Part shown: positions 10,092 to 20,507 of the stretch, in pieces
Layout: the number at the start of each line of letters is the position of its first letter
Numbering within the stretch: position 1 is the stretch's first letter
IMG/VR virus record: IMGVR_UViG_3300034062_006900
Coordinates: 12,753-76,752 of that record
Source: a virus
Strand: one strand, 5' to 3'
DNA length: 64,000 bases
Notes under the pieces: model-generated
Database searches by the model: none
What the model was told of the DNA's origin: nothing
What the model saw: the letters and a program-made list of their open reading frames with translations, nothing else
Made by a program: the position numbers and the translations under genes

Positions 10092-12196
10092 TATATTAAT
10101 TCTTTTAACACATTTATTCTTTCGAGTATTGACTCAATTTTTTTCTGATTCTCTTGAACACTACCAACACCTATACTTACCATATAATTATATTGAACTG
10201 ACTTATATCCATCATAATCTGTAAAAACAACTTCAGGTAAAACCTCTTCCAAATCTTGAGCAATAAATCCTATCGAAGAACCTGTAAAAGCAAACTTATT
10301 TAAATTTAGTTTATTGTTCTTTATTTTATCATGTTCTTCATCCCATGTAAAAGAAACTCCTTCAATTTGTTTTGCAATTGATAACGGATTCTCAATTTTC
10401 TTGATATTATCTTTTAACCTTCTGTCCGATGGTGGTCCTGTTGGCCCTTGAGCACCTTCAGGCCCTGTTCCTCCTGGAGGACCTGGATTACCTGTAGGTC
10501 CTGGAGGACCTGCAGCTCCTGGACCTCCTGGCCCACCTGCTGGTCCTGGAGGTCCTTGTAGTCCTTTAGGACCTGGTGCACCTGTTGGTCCTGTTCCACC
10601 TCCTGGTCCTGGAGGACCTTGAGCACCTTGACCTCCTGTTCCACCTGTTGCACCAGCAGCTCCTCCTGTTCCTGTAAATCCTTGAGCCCCTATAAAACCT
10701 GGCGGTCCTACAGCTCCTTGAGCACCTTGAGTTGAACTTTGAGAACCTTGAGCTCCTTGGAATCCTGTAACGCCTTGAGCTCCTTGAACACCACTTTGAG
10801 AACCTTGGGCACCTGTTGGTCCTGTTGGACCAGGAGCTCCTTGAGCACCTGTATTTCCTCCTTGCGAACCTTGAGCTCCTTGGAATCCTGTAACACCTTG
10901 AGCTCCTTGAACTCCACTTTGAGCACCTTGGGCTCCTGTTGGTCCTGTTGGACCTGGAGCTCCTTGAGCACCTGTATTTCCTCCCTGTGAACCTTGAGCT
11001 CCTTGGAATCCTGTAACTCCCTGAGCACCTTGAGTTGAACTTTGAGAGCCTTGTGCTCCTGTTGGTCCTGTTGGCCCTATATTACCTTGAGCTCCTTGAC
11101 TAGGTCCTTGTGAACCTTGAGCACCTTGAGCACCTGTGTTTCCTGTTGCACCTGGTGTTGTGCTTTGAGAACCTTGGGCTCCTGTGAAACCTGCAGGTCC
11201 TGTCGCTCCTTGAGCTCCTTGCGTCACTCCTGTAGGACCCGGATTACCTGTAAATCCTTTTGGTCCTGTTGCACCCGCAACTGCACTTTGAGCACCTTGT
11301 GCTCCTGTGCTACCAGGTGCACCTATATTACCTTGAGCACCTGTATTGGCTCCTTGAGGACCTTGTGCTCCTTGTGCTCCTGTATTACCAGTCGCACCCG
11401 CATTTCCACTTTGAGCTCCTTGAGCACCTGTGAAACCTGTCGGACCTGTTGCTCCTTGTGCTCCTGTATTGGCACCTTGTGTTCCTTGTGCACCTGTATT
11501 ACCTGTTGGACCTGTAGCACCTGCCGTTGTGCTTTGGGCACCCTGAGCACCTTGGAAACCTGTCGGTCCTGTTGCACCTTGAGCACCCTGTGTAACTCCT
11601 TGGGGGCCAGGAAAACCTGCAAATCCTTTCGGACCTTGAGAACCCTGAGCACCTGTATTTGCACCTTGTGTTCCTTGAGCACCTGTATTACCTGTAGCTC
11701 CCTGAGAACCTTGTGCTCCCTGAAACACTCCCTGTGCACCTTGAGCCCCTGTAAATCCTGTGTCTCCCTGAGCACCTGATGCACCTGAAACATTACTTGT
11801 TGGTCCCTTAGGACCTGTTGCACCTTTCGGACCCTGAGCACCTTGTGCTCCACCAGCACCTCCCTGTGCACCTTGAGCACCTTGAGCACCTGTGATACCT
11901 TGAGCTCCCGTGTCTCCTGTTAAACCCTTAATACCATCCAATGGACCAATCCATACACCTACGGTGTTTATCATGGCAACACCACCAACGTAAGTAATAC
12001 CATTTGTAATTGAAGCTCCTGATGATGTTATGTTGGTATTACTTATTTCGAAACCTGCAGATACGGTTGCTGAAGATAAAGACAAAGCACCCGTAGACTT
12101 AACGTTGAATTGTAATTTAGACGTGTCATCATCAAAAACAATATGAGGGTCTGAATTTCCAGTTGTTCCTGTAGGATATATAATAACATTAGGCAT
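10091..12196 (-). CDS. collagen-like fibre chain 2 (periodically interrupted) with S74 chaperone
   Basis: 142 triplets plus 19 tetrapeptide interruptions (aa 88-589), then [10 protein letters not shown]...IGFIAQDL. Confidence 0.9.
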   Translation of the reverse strand: MPNVIIYPTGTTGNSDPHIVFDDDTSKLQFNVKSTGALSLSSATVSAGFEISNTNITSSGASITNGITYVGGVAMINTVGVWIGPLDGIKGLTGDTGAQGITGAQGAQGAQGGAGGAQGAQGPKGATGPKGPTSNVSGASGAQGDTGFTGAQGAQGVFQGAQGSQGATGNTGAQGTQGANTGAQGSQGPKGFAGFPGPQGVTQGAQGATGPTGFQGAQGAQSTTAGATGPTGNTGAQGTQGANTGAQGATGPTGFTGAQGAQSGNAGATGNTGAQGAQGPQGANTGAQGNIGAPGSTGAQGAQSAVAGATGPKGFTGNPGPTGVTQGAQGATGPAGFTGAQGSQSTTPGATGNTGAQGAQGSQGPSQGAQGNIGPTGPTGAQGSQSSTQGAQGVTGFQGAQGSQGGNTGAQGAPGPTGPTGAQGAQSGVQGAQGVTGFQGAQGSQGGNTGAQGAPGPTGPTGAQGSQSGVQGAQGVTGFQGAQGSQSSTQGAQGAVGPPGFIGAQGFTGTGGAAGATGGTGGQGAQGPPGPGGGTGPTGAPGPKGLQGPPGPAGGPGGPGAAGPPGPTGNPGPPGGTGPEGAQGPTGPPSDRRLKDNIKKIENPLSIAKQIEGVSFTWDEEHDKIKNNKLNLNKFAFTGSSIGFIAQDLEEVLPEVVFTDYDGYKSVQYNYMVSIGVGSVQENQKKIESILERINVLKELI
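10740..11030 (-). repeat. 123-bp (41-aa, 13-unit) tandem repeat in chain 2
   Basis: [41 protein letters not shown] repeated; boundaries approximate. Confidence 0.8.
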
Positions 12197-14490
12197 TATG
12201 ATAATTTGTTTTCAAGTTCGTTAATTTGTTCTTTGATATCTTCTATAAATACTTGTTGTGATTTTATAGCCTCAACCAACACACTATTCAATTTATTGTA
12301 ATCAATATAATAATATCCTTCTCCATTTATTGATACCACTTCAGGAAAATATAATCTCACATTCTGAGCAATTAGTCCGATAGCGTGAAGTCTTTGATGT
12401 TTTTCGAAATATGCATATTCAGATTTATTTAAATTAGTATTCCAATCATACTCTACCGCCTCCAACATCATTACCTTTTCTAATGCGTCATATATTGTTT
12501 CAATTTTTGTTTTTAAATTGACATCAGAAAAGTAACTACCGCAATCAGAATTATAATTTCCAAACCCACAAGTATTAGCAACATCATAACACACGCTTGA
12601 TTCTACGGCTCTAGTCCAATAACTGTTCCAATCACAAGTTCCATTGACACAGTTTGTAACATTAAGATATTTGGCTTCAAGCATACCTGTTGCAGCATTA
12701 TTTTGGCGAACAGATTGAGTGGACGGCATATTACACGCCGCTGTACAGCTACCACCCACAAAAAAAGCATATATTCCACAGGTTACTGCTGCAGGTCCCG
12801 TAGCACCCTGTGCTCCTTGAGCACCTGTTGGGCCTGTTGGACCTGAAGGTCCTGGTCCTCCCGTTGGGCCACCACCACCCTGAGGACCTCTTGGTCCTGG
12901 CGGACCATCAACACCTTGGAATCCTTGTCCTCCTTGAGCACCTTGAGCACCCTGTCCACCTCCACCACCTGGAGGTCCTTGAGCACCTTGGCTTCCTTGG
13001 CCTCCACCACCTCCGGGACCGCCTTGTGGTCCTCTTGGTCCTACAAAACCTACAGGACCACCTGGTCCTCCCGGACCTGTCGCACCTGTGGGTCCTAATA
13101 ATCCTGTGTCTCCTCCTGCTCCTGTCGGACCAGCAGCACCTGTAGGCCCTAATAGACCTTGAGCTCCTGTTGGTCCTGTAGGTCCTAATGGTCCTGTTGC
13201 ACCTTGTGCTCCAGGATGTCCTGTTCCTCCACCCGCTCCTGTCGGACCAGCAGCACCTGTTGGTCCTAATAGACCTTGAGCTCCTGTTGGTCCTGTAGGT
13301 CCTAATGGTCCTGTTGCACCTTGTGCTCCAGGATGTCCTGTTCCTCCACCCGCTCCTGTCGGACCAGCAGCACCTGTTGGTCCTAATAGACCTTGAGCTC
13401 CTGTTGGTCCTGTAGGTCCTAATGGTCCTGTTGCACCTTGTGCTCCAGGATGTCCTGTTCCACCTTGTGAACCCGTGGCTCCCTTTGGTCCTGTCGGTCC
13501 TAATAAACCTGTTGCACCCGTCGGTCCTGTTGGGCCTCCTGGTCCTGTAGCACCCGTCGGTCCTGGAGGACCGTCTACTCCTTGAAATCCTGTGGCTCCT
13601 TTTGGTCCTGTGGGTCCTAAAGCACCTTGAGCTCCCACAGCTCCACCTGGACCTGTTCCTCCTGTCGCACCTTGTGCTCCAGCAAATCCTGTAGCACCTT
13701 GAGCTCCAACAGCTCCACCTGGACCTGTTGCACCTATGGCTCCTTGAGCTCCCGCAGAACCTCCTGGCCCTGTTGGTCCTGTAGCACCTTGAGCACCTGG
13801 ATTTCCCGTTCCTCCTTGAGACCCCGTTGCACCCTTTGGTCCTGTTGGTCCTAATAAACCTTGAGCACCTGTTGGTCCTGTTGCACCTGTTGCACCAGCA
13901 GCTCCTGTTGGTCCTGGTGGACCATCAACTCCTTGAAATCCTTGAGCACCTGTGTTACCCGTGGCACCTTGAGCACCTGGATGTCCTGTTGCACCTTGAG
14001 CACCCACATTACCCTGTGCACCTATTGAACCTTGAGGTCCTAAGTTACCCTGTGCTCCTATTGGACCTTGAGGTCCTGTATTTCCTTGTGAACCCGTTGG
14101 TCCAGGAGAACCATCAACTCCTTGAAAACCTTGAGCCCCTTGAGCTCCCACAGCACCTTGAGCTCCATTATGCCCTGTCGAGCCCTGAGCTCCTTGAGGA
14201 CCTTGAGCTCCTTGAAGACCTTGGGCACCTGTAAGTCCACTCAGTGAACCTACCCAATCAGCTGTTCCATTAATTACCTGAACTCCACCTACCGTATAGT
14301 TGTCTATAACATTAATAGTATTTCCTGACACAATTCCACTCGCTAATGCAAGACTCGGTGTAGAACCGAAAGTAAGTGTTCCTGTCGTTAACATTCTAAC
14401 ACGAATACTAGCACTATTAATGAAATCAATATATGGGACCCTATCAGGAGTTCTAAAAATCGCGTTACTTGGGACAATTGTTATTGGCAT
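12196..14490 (-). CDS. collagen-like fibre chain 3 with Cys-rich tip and S74 chaperone
   Basis: 161 triplets (aa 85-567), a Cys-rich domain of about 90 aa, then YFSDVNLK...IGLIAQNV. Confidence 0.9.
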   Translation of the reverse strand: MPITIVPSNAIFRTPDRVPYIDFINSASIRVRMLTTGTLTFGSTPSLALASGIVSGNTINVIDNYTVGGVQVINGTADWVGSLSGLTGAQGLQGAQGPQGAQGSTGHNGAQGAVGAQGAQGFQGVDGSPGPTGSQGNTGPQGPIGAQGNLGPQGSIGAQGNVGAQGATGHPGAQGATGNTGAQGFQGVDGPPGPTGAAGATGATGPTGAQGLLGPTGPKGATGSQGGTGNPGAQGATGPTGPGGSAGAQGAIGATGPGGAVGAQGATGFAGAQGATGGTGPGGAVGAQGALGPTGPKGATGFQGVDGPPGPTGATGPGGPTGPTGATGLLGPTGPKGATGSQGGTGHPGAQGATGPLGPTGPTGAQGLLGPTGAAGPTGAGGGTGHPGAQGATGPLGPTGPTGAQGLLGPTGAAGPTGAGGGTGHPGAQGATGPLGPTGPTGAQGLLGPTGAAGPTGAGGDTGLLGPTGATGPGGPGGPVGFVGPRGPQGGPGGGGGQGSQGAQGPPGGGGGQGAQGAQGGQGFQGVDGPPGPRGPQGGGGPTGGPGPSGPTGPTGAQGAQGATGPAAVTCGIYAFFVGGSCTAACNMPSTQSVRQNNAATGMLEAKYLNVTNCVNGTCDWNSYWTRAVESSVCYDVANTCGFGNYNSDCGSYFSDVNLKTKIETIYDALEKVMMLEAVEYDWNTNLNKSEYAYFEKHQRLHAIGLIAQNVRLYFPEVVSINGEGYYYIDYNKLNSVLVEAIKSQQVFIEDIKEQINELENKLS
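13116..13465 (-). repeat. 117-bp (13-triplet) tandem repeat x3 in chain 3
   Basis: AATAGACC at 13151, 13268 and 13385; boundaries approximate. Confidence 0.85.
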
Positions 14491-14616
14491 GAAAATAATT
14501 TCTTAACTATAAATACCATATAGAACAAATATCTCACATAAAATTTTAAGATATTATTCAATTGGTATTTTAAATTTATTATACTTTGATTTGTAATAAA
14601 TATTTAGAAAAAAATA

Positions 14617-15369
14617 ATGATACTAAAAAACACAAAAAACAAATTGTCCGAGATTAATTTGTTCTCAGATTATATTTTGAATCAAATACCTAACTCTGAA
14701 AGAAGTATAATCAAAATTGCTGATTGTGGTAATTTTCTAATCATCAAGGGTAAAACGACCCACAATGAATTATTAGATTTATCTAAAATAAAAACAGAAT
14801 TTTGTGAGAAGTTTAATATAAATTCTGACCCCAAATCTATTTTCAGTCATATGATAGATTTGATTGAATATGGTGTAAATCTACAACCAACAGAATCTAT
14901 CACTCACAACTACTTCAACAGCGAAAACTGTTCTTACAGTTATAAACAAGTTGAATCCTTTAAAAATAATCCTGAGTCTTCTTATGATTATTGTTTAAAG
15001 GTAAAGGAAGTCGATGAGAACGATTTGATTCTTGTTTCTGAGTTCCCTCACGGTCATTCATTAGAAATGGGAAGATTACTTTATTACTATGGTAAGAAAA
15101 TAACTTACTCAATTCCACCCACTTACCCATACACTTCTGTCGTGATGACCATCCCATCAAAAGACCCTGAAGAAAATTTCTCTGTTTATGATAATTTCTT
15201 GGAGTCTGAAGATGATAGTCTTAGGTCAGCTGTCTTAGATGTGTTTGATTTTGACATGACTGAATTAAATAAAAAACTCAAAGAAGTTGATTTCTACGAT
15301 GAGATAACCAACCCTTTGAGTGATTATGATTTCCTTAAAGAAAGGAATAAAGATTTCTTTGTTATCTAA
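14617..15369 (+). CDS. hypothetical protein, possible degenerate MetK (SAM synthetase)-like fold
   Basis: FSDYIL...LIIKGKTT, GRLLYYYGKKI and VLDVFDF weakly parallel MetK segments; no catalytic motifs. Confidence 0.35.
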   Translation: MILKNTKNKLSEINLFSDYILNQIPNSERSIIKIADCGNFLIIKGKTTHNELLDLSKIKTEFCEKFNINSDPKSIFSHMIDLIEYGVNLQPTESITHNYFNSENCSYSYKQVESFKNNPESSYDYCLKVKEVDENDLILVSEFPHGHSLEMGRLLYYYGKKITYSIPPTYPYTSVVMTIPSKDPEENFSVYDNFLESEDDSLRSAVLDVFDFDMTELNKKLKEVDFYDEITNPLSDYDFLKERNKDFFVI

Positions 15370-15665
15370 ACGATACCAACTTTCTTACGATGTTTCTTTA
15401 CAATATCTAACGCTTCAGTTAGTTCCATATAGTCTCTATCAGGTGCATATAAGAAAGATTTAGGATTTGTATTTGAATCTTCAATGATTAAAAGTGCTGG
15501 TATCATATCATTTTTTGTTACCTCACTGAAAATATCATACTCTTCTTTATATTCATCAATATCTCTATCGATGTATTCTATTTTATTTTCCTCCAACATT
15601 TTTTTGAAGTCCGTGCAATGAGGACAACCTTTCATTGTATAAACAACCACGTTTAAATCTTTCAT
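15366..15665 (-). CDS. glutaredoxin
   Basis: VYTMKGCPHC...IP. Confidence 0.85.
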   Translation of the reverse strand: MKDLNVVVYTMKGCPHCTDFKKMLEENKIEYIDRDIDEYKEEYDIFSEVTKNDMIPALLIIEDSNTNPKSFLYAPDRDYMELTEALDIVKKHRKKVGIV

Positions 15666-15671
15666 AATAAA

Positions 15672-15995
15672 TTAATTTAATAAGGTCATTACCTCATTAG
15701 GAGACATTACGCCAGCCTTTGAGAATACCTCTTTGCCTTCTTTGAAGATTTTTATTGTTGGAACACTTCTGATTCCGAGTTCAGTCATCACATATTCTTT
15801 GTCTGTGTCGATATCATATTTGTAAATGTTATAAGATGGTGAACCATTTGATTCTTTGATTAAAGATTCATTCACCTTTGATAGGTTGTTGAGCATGATT
15901 TTGCAAGGTCCACACCATGTGGCGAAAAGGTCCAACACAAAGTTTTCACCTTCACTAATTTTTTGTTTAAGTTCTGCTGTTGTTAGTTGTTTCAT
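15672..15995 (-). CDS. trxA: thioredoxin
   Basis: ATWCGPCK...GIRSVPT. Confidence 0.9.
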   Translation of the reverse strand: MKQLTTAELKQKISEGENFVLDLFATWCGPCKIMLNNLSKVNESLIKESNGSPSYNIYKYDIDTDKEYVMTELGIRSVPTIKIFKEGKEVFSKAGVMSPNEVMTLLN

Positions 15996-16320
15996 TTTTA
16001 TATTGTTTTAATAATTGTGACAAGAACAGATATAATTCATTATACTGTTCAACGTTATAATAAATAGTTAATTTCGAAATTGTATCTGATTGAGGAATCA
16101 CTCGGATTTTAACATGTAAATAAAAGTTTTGTTGACTCTTGAAAATTACTTCTTCGAATTTTGTAAAGCCCATCTCAGTCATCGAGGATTTTTCATAAAC
16201 TCTTGTCAATTTTCTTTCGTGGAGAAACTTTAAAAATTCTCCTTTGAGTTCGTAACAAACCATAACTGAAAAGAAATTATCTTTCGATTCTAAATTTTGT
16301 ATGTATTCTGGTTTTTCCAT
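15967..16320 (-). CDS. hypothetical protein
   Basis: 117-aa ORF coupled to the upstream gene. Confidence 0.7.
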   Translation of the reverse strand: MEKPEYIQNLESKDNFFSVMVCYELKGEFLKFLHERKLTRVYEKSSMTEMGFTKFEEVIFKSQQNFYLHVKIRVIPQSDTISKLTIYYNVEQYNELYLFLSQLLKQYKNETTNNSRT

Positions 16321-17963
16321 TAGATTGGTAAATAAAAATTTGAATAATTGTTTTCGATGTTAGTAAAAGTCCACCTTAATAGTCCACTATCATTCCAATG
16401 CGTATCAGAATTTAACGTCATTCCATTGTTACACTTCTTAATCAATTTAACGGTCTCAAATCTTTTATCTCTAACACAAGATAATACTACTTGGTCTAAT
16501 TTCAAGAGAACAGTTGTCCAATCTTCCTCCAACTTTTGGTTGAACTTCCCCAAACTTTGGACTCTATCCGCATAAATGACATCATCTTTTTTTGTCAGTC
16601 TATATTCTATCGTTGCTCTTTCGTTTAGAGATTCACCAGTCCTCACAGAAATAATCAAACAACTTGGTTTTCCGATATACCCTTTCACGCAGTTTGATTG
16701 GTGATTACTTTCCTCGTTATATCCATCACTTGTATCAAGAAGGACAGGGTGAAAATCATCATAAATTGGTTGAGCAATCATTTCATACATATACTCTGGG
16801 TATATCCTTGTGTAAATCCCCTTTCTGTAGTGTTGAAGTTTATCTGTCCAATCCAAATGTTCTCTGTTAAAATCGTATTTGTTTTCAAATGAATACCATT
16901 TCAAATCATGTTCTCCAAACATTTTTAATTCTGTATACATTCTGATGTGGTCAACGAAAGTATATGTGTCTAAGTTCTGATGAACGTATGTTTCTTTGAA
17001 TAAAGAATAAACTCTTTTTAATTCATCTGTTGTAACTAATTCGAGGAATAATTCAGGAACCGCAAATGACCCGATGATTGAGTTCAATAAATCCAATATT
17101 ACATTTCCATCTTGATTCAACCAATCATCACCAAATAGTTTTCTTGCTGTAATATAAAGACTTATATTCAGGTTGGTGCATTCATGCAATGCTTTTTTGA
17201 TTTTCTTTCCATGAAGTCCATGCTTCGCCATTACAGCGTCAACAAGTCTACCATTCTTTTTCTTTATCAACTTTTTGATTTCGGGACCAAACAGGGCTTC
17301 AGTGTATATGTTGAAATTGTTCGGATATTTGATTCCTCTTTTATTAAGATAAAATCTCAATAGTCTATCACTATAATTCAATTGTTCAAAATTGGTTCTC
17401 TCGTCAATAGCGAACATGAACTCAGAAACTGCTTGGGTTACTTCATCATATGCATTATCTGTATAGTGAGTAAAAAGATTCTTCATTTGGGATTTTAGTC
17501 CATTCAACGGGTCATTGATAAAACAATTTCTTCTTATACTTTTAACACACTTTTTTTTTCTTTGATACCCATGAATGTGTCCGTGATAGACATCACCAGT
17601 CTTAGTATTAACTGAAATGTAATTAACATTCTTGCTAACCTTGAACCATGGTCTTCCTTCTCTTCTATTTTTATACCCTTGAAACATTTTGATAGCAACC
17701 TTATCCCCATTTCTTTCAACCACAACCATTACGTATTCGACCATTACAGAATATAGTTGGTTTGCAAAGTTTTCAACAAAACATTCTTCTGTTGTATTTG
17801 AAGATTCCCTAACGAATAATGGGTGTTTTTGTGTAGGTGTTTCCTCTATAACCAATCCGAACAATTCGGACATGTGAGTATTTTTTGATTTAATAACATT
17901 ACAGTCTCTGAACTTAATACTATTATACTTCTTAAAACTTATCTTATAGATTTCTTCTTTCAT
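16320..17963 (-). CDS. PcfJ-like domain protein
   Basis: C-terminal EESNHQSNCVKGY...ATIEY...VQSLGKFN; start moved to 17963, downstream of the promoter. Confidence 0.7.
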   Translation of the reverse strand: MKEEIYKISFKKYNSIKFRDCNVIKSKNTHMSELFGLVIEETPTQKHPLFVRESSNTTEECFVENFANQLYSVMVEYVMVVVERNGDKVAIKMFQGYKNRREGRPWFKVSKNVNYISVNTKTGDVYHGHIHGYQRKKKCVKSIRRNCFINDPLNGLKSQMKNLFTHYTDNAYDEVTQAVSEFMFAIDERTNFEQLNYSDRLLRFYLNKRGIKYPNNFNIYTEALFGPEIKKLIKKKNGRLVDAVMAKHGLHGKKIKKALHECTNLNISLYITARKLFGDDWLNQDGNVILDLLNSIIGSFAVPELFLELVTTDELKRVYSLFKETYVHQNLDTYTFVDHIRMYTELKMFGEHDLKWYSFENKYDFNREHLDWTDKLQHYRKGIYTRIYPEYMYEMIAQPIYDDFHPVLLDTSDGYNEESNHQSNCVKGYIGKPSCLIISVRTGESLNERATIEYRLTKKDDVIYADRVQSLGKFNQKLEEDWTTVLLKLDQVVLSCVRDKRFETVKLIKKCNNGMTLNSDTHWNDSGLLRWTFTNIENNYSNFYLPI

Positions 17964-17968
17964 CCTTG

Positions 17969-18013
17969 CAAATATAGGGAAAATAAAAATGGGAGACAAT
18001 TTGTCCCCCATTT
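17969..18013 (-). promoter_or_regulatory. terminator overlapping a Bacteroidota-type promoter
   Basis: Hairpin TGGGGACAAATTGTCTCCCA plus T run; -7 box TATATTTG at 17969-17976. Confidence 0.6.
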
Positions 18014-18017
18014 ATTT

Positions 18018-18767
18018 TTAACAATAAGATTCGGCTAACTCCCACAACCCTGTGTTAACCTTGTTGATGTTATAAAAGTTTTTCAACTCTCTCATAGAAA
18101 CGACTCTTCCTTTTTTTGAATTATACTTCATTCCACCACGAACGAACTTCTCTTGAATTACATTGAAGGTCTTCCATACACTGTTACCAACATCCCCATC
18201 TCTTTCAGGACGTAAGAACTCTTCCACGTTGAACTTAGGTATTGAACCTTTTTCCCAACGAATCATTGCAGATTTGTTTACGAAGTCTACTAATTGTCCT
18301 TCACCTAAGAATGTTGTTTCCATCTTACCAACAGACCTCTGAATAACTGGTAGTCTTTCAGCGAATTGGTCTGTGATTTCTCTCACCATACCCAAGTCAA
18401 AGTTCATGTGTCTAACTGAAATTGCGTCAGCAACTGAGGTAGGGACAGTGAGTCCGTTAGAACATACCAATCTGTATAATCCTGAACTCACAGAGAAGGA
18501 ACTAATTCCATTGTGAGAGTTTCTGATTACAGCCTCAATTAATGAGTCACCAACTTGTGGCATTTGACCATTACGAAGACGAAGCTCATGTTGAGCATAA
18601 TTTCCTTTACCGACTTGTTTGGCTGAATAAACCTTCCAACCCTCTCTATCAAAGTTTTCAACGACTTCAATAGTTGGAACGAAGGTATACTTGTCAGACA
18701 TCTTGGGTGATGGACTCGTTGCGAATACTGAAGGGGCAACTTCCTGTAGGGTTTCTATTGATAACAT
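18018..18767 (-). CDS. DUF932/DUF945 family protein
   Basis: SDKYTFVPT, NSHNG.SSF, RLVCSNGL, WKTFNVIQE. Confidence 0.85.
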   Translation of the reverse strand: MLSIETLQEVAPSVFATSPSPKMSDKYTFVPTIEVVENFDREGWKVYSAKQVGKGNYAQHELRLRNGQMPQVGDSLIEAVIRNSHNGISSFSVSSGLYRLVCSNGLTVPTSVADAISVRHMNFDLGMVREITDQFAERLPVIQRSVGKMETTFLGEGQLVDFVNKSAMIRWEKGSIPKFNVEEFLRPERDGDVGNSVWKTFNVIQEKFVRGGMKYNSKKGRVVSMRELKNFYNINKVNTGLWELAESYC

Positions 18768-18786
18768 ATCTTATTGTTTTAGAACA

Positions 18787-18818
18787 CAAAGATAAGCCCA
18801 ACAATTTAATCTGCCAAA
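18787..18818 (-). promoter_or_regulatory. Bacteroidota-type -33/-7 promoter
   Basis: TTTG-N20-TATCTTTG. Confidence 0.75.
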
Positions 18819-18819
18819 A

Positions 18820-19101
18820 TTAATTTAAGCAAATATCCCCAAATTTCGTTTTTTGAAAAATTTTTGAGTTTGTAACATTCTCTTCTATAACCTGACCGTT
18901 AAGTTCACGACAGATATCAATCATCTGTTTTTGAGTTAAGGGAACCTCTTTACCTCCATCATAGTTTGACAATGCTGTCTCTTTGACTTTAACATAAAAT
19001 TTTTCTTCCATGTTTTTTGGAACAAGATTTAATAAATCTTTCGGGTTTTCCCTGAAAAACTTCATGATGTTTGACATATATATTTCAACATCAACACTCA
19101 T
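18820..19101 (-). CDS. hypothetical protein
   Basis: Start moved to MSVDVEI. Confidence 0.7.
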   Translation of the reverse strand: MSVDVEIYMSNIMKFFRENPKDLLNLVPKNMEEKFYVKVKETALSNYDGGKEVPLTQKQMIDICRELNGQVIEENVTNSKIFQKTKFGDICLN

Positions 19102-19111
19102 GGTAATAAAT

Positions 19112-20464
19112 TTAAGATACGTTTTGTAAATCGAACATGTTGTCACCGTAACTAGTTGACCTGTCAAGAATCGATTGAGGCACTTTCACGTTTGGACTTC
19201 CCTTTAAATTCAAGAACAATAAACTCGGTAAATCATTCACACATTCAGGGATTGAGGTCAACTTAGGGTTGTTAATTAACGCCAAAAATCTCAATTTAGG
19301 TAACGTGCAAACAGAATCAGGAATACTATCGATACAATTATCAAGTAAAATCATCTTAAGATTTTTGAATCTTCCGATTGATTCAGGAATAGGAATTAAA
19401 ATGTCAGTCTTATCTCTGTTGTTGATAATTTGGAATTCAGTAATACTTTCAGGTAAAGAATCAATTAACTCATCTAAACCATAAAGAGCAATGAACTTAC
19501 CAATCGCACCATGTTGGAAACTATCAACAACAAATTTCTCACCACCAACTGTTAATCCTCTTGCAAACTCAGGTTTGAAATATTGTTTAAGTTCTTCCAT
19601 CGGACCATTAAGGAATTGAACCAAGTCAATACTATGGTCATGAACATCCATAAATTGATTAGAAGGGAAATGGAATTGATATCTATCAGCAGGTAATCCA
19701 GACTTTTGTCCTAATTTACCTTCCTTAGCTTCATTAGGGATAACAACATACAATGGACCATCTTTGATATATCTATCAAAATAAGTTAATCCAGGTCCTG
19801 ATGTGCACCATCTTGTTTCTCCTTTACTAGGTTCAAGATAATAACCACCATAGAAACATGCGGCATCTTTACCTAATTGGGTCTTGTCTGTAATTCTAAC
19901 AACAGTCCACTTGTCACCTCTATACACTACTTCACCACCAGGGTGAGCATATGTTTTTGAAGCCTCTTCTTTTTCCTGAGCACTTGCCTTAGTTTTTTCT
20001 AATGAGAAATCTTTTACAGCGTCGTAAAGTTGTGATGGAGTTAATTTGTTTAAATCTCTTTCACCTTCGATACGAGATTTAAATCTATCAAACTTCATTA
20101 AGTCATTAGTAATCTTAGCCAAATCTTCGATGTATACGTCCTTAAATCTCTTAACTTCTTCTTCATATCCTCTATCACCAGGTTGTCTTTCAGTTATAGG
20201 TAATAAGTAATTCTTGATAATCCAATTCACATACTTACCAGCTTTAACTTTTTGTAAGTCATCACTTTGAGCAGTTTCCAAATCAACATTGTTCAATTTG
20301 GTAGTAGGGTCAGCCTGAAGCAAAGTGTAGAACTCCTCCTTACTTAATTTTGGTTTAACCGATTTACCCTCTTTGTTTTTTGTTGGTTTTGTTAAAGCAT
20401 CAAACAAAACCTCAAACTTGGTTTGTTCCAAAATGACAGACTTCAATAATGACGTAAATTTCAT
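19112..20464 (-). CDS. WCT-motif protein with C-terminal leucine-rich repeats
   Basis: GETRWCTS...GPLYVVI; LRRs IPESIGRFKNLKMILL and IPDSVCTLPKLRFLAL; leader LLKSVILEQ. Confidence 0.75.
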   Translation of the reverse strand: MKFTSLLKSVILEQTKFEVLFDALTKPTKNKEGKSVKPKLSKEEFYTLLQADPTTKLNNVDLETAQSDDLQKVKAGKYVNWIIKNYLLPITERQPGDRGYEEEVKRFKDVYIEDLAKITNDLMKFDRFKSRIEGERDLNKLTPSQLYDAVKDFSLEKTKASAQEKEEASKTYAHPGGEVVYRGDKWTVVRITDKTQLGKDAACFYGGYYLEPSKGETRWCTSGPGLTYFDRYIKDGPLYVVIPNEAKEGKLGQKSGLPADRYQFHFPSNQFMDVHDHSIDLVQFLNGPMEELKQYFKPEFARGLTVGGEKFVVDSFQHGAIGKFIALYGLDELIDSLPESITEFQIINNRDKTDILIPIPESIGRFKNLKMILLDNCIDSIPDSVCTLPKLRFLALINNPKLTSIPECVNDLPSLLFLNLKGSPNVKVPQSILDRSTSYGDNMFDLQNVS

Positions 20465-20507
20465 CTAAAAGAATTTAATAATAAATATATTGTTTCAGCA
20501 AAAATAA

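Noticed and set aside
8415-14506. Long alternative-frame and antisense ORFs over the collagen genes (e.g. 8534-9796 +, 11117-11779 +)
   Set aside because: Stop-poor shadows of repetitive Gly-X-Y codons; low-complexity products
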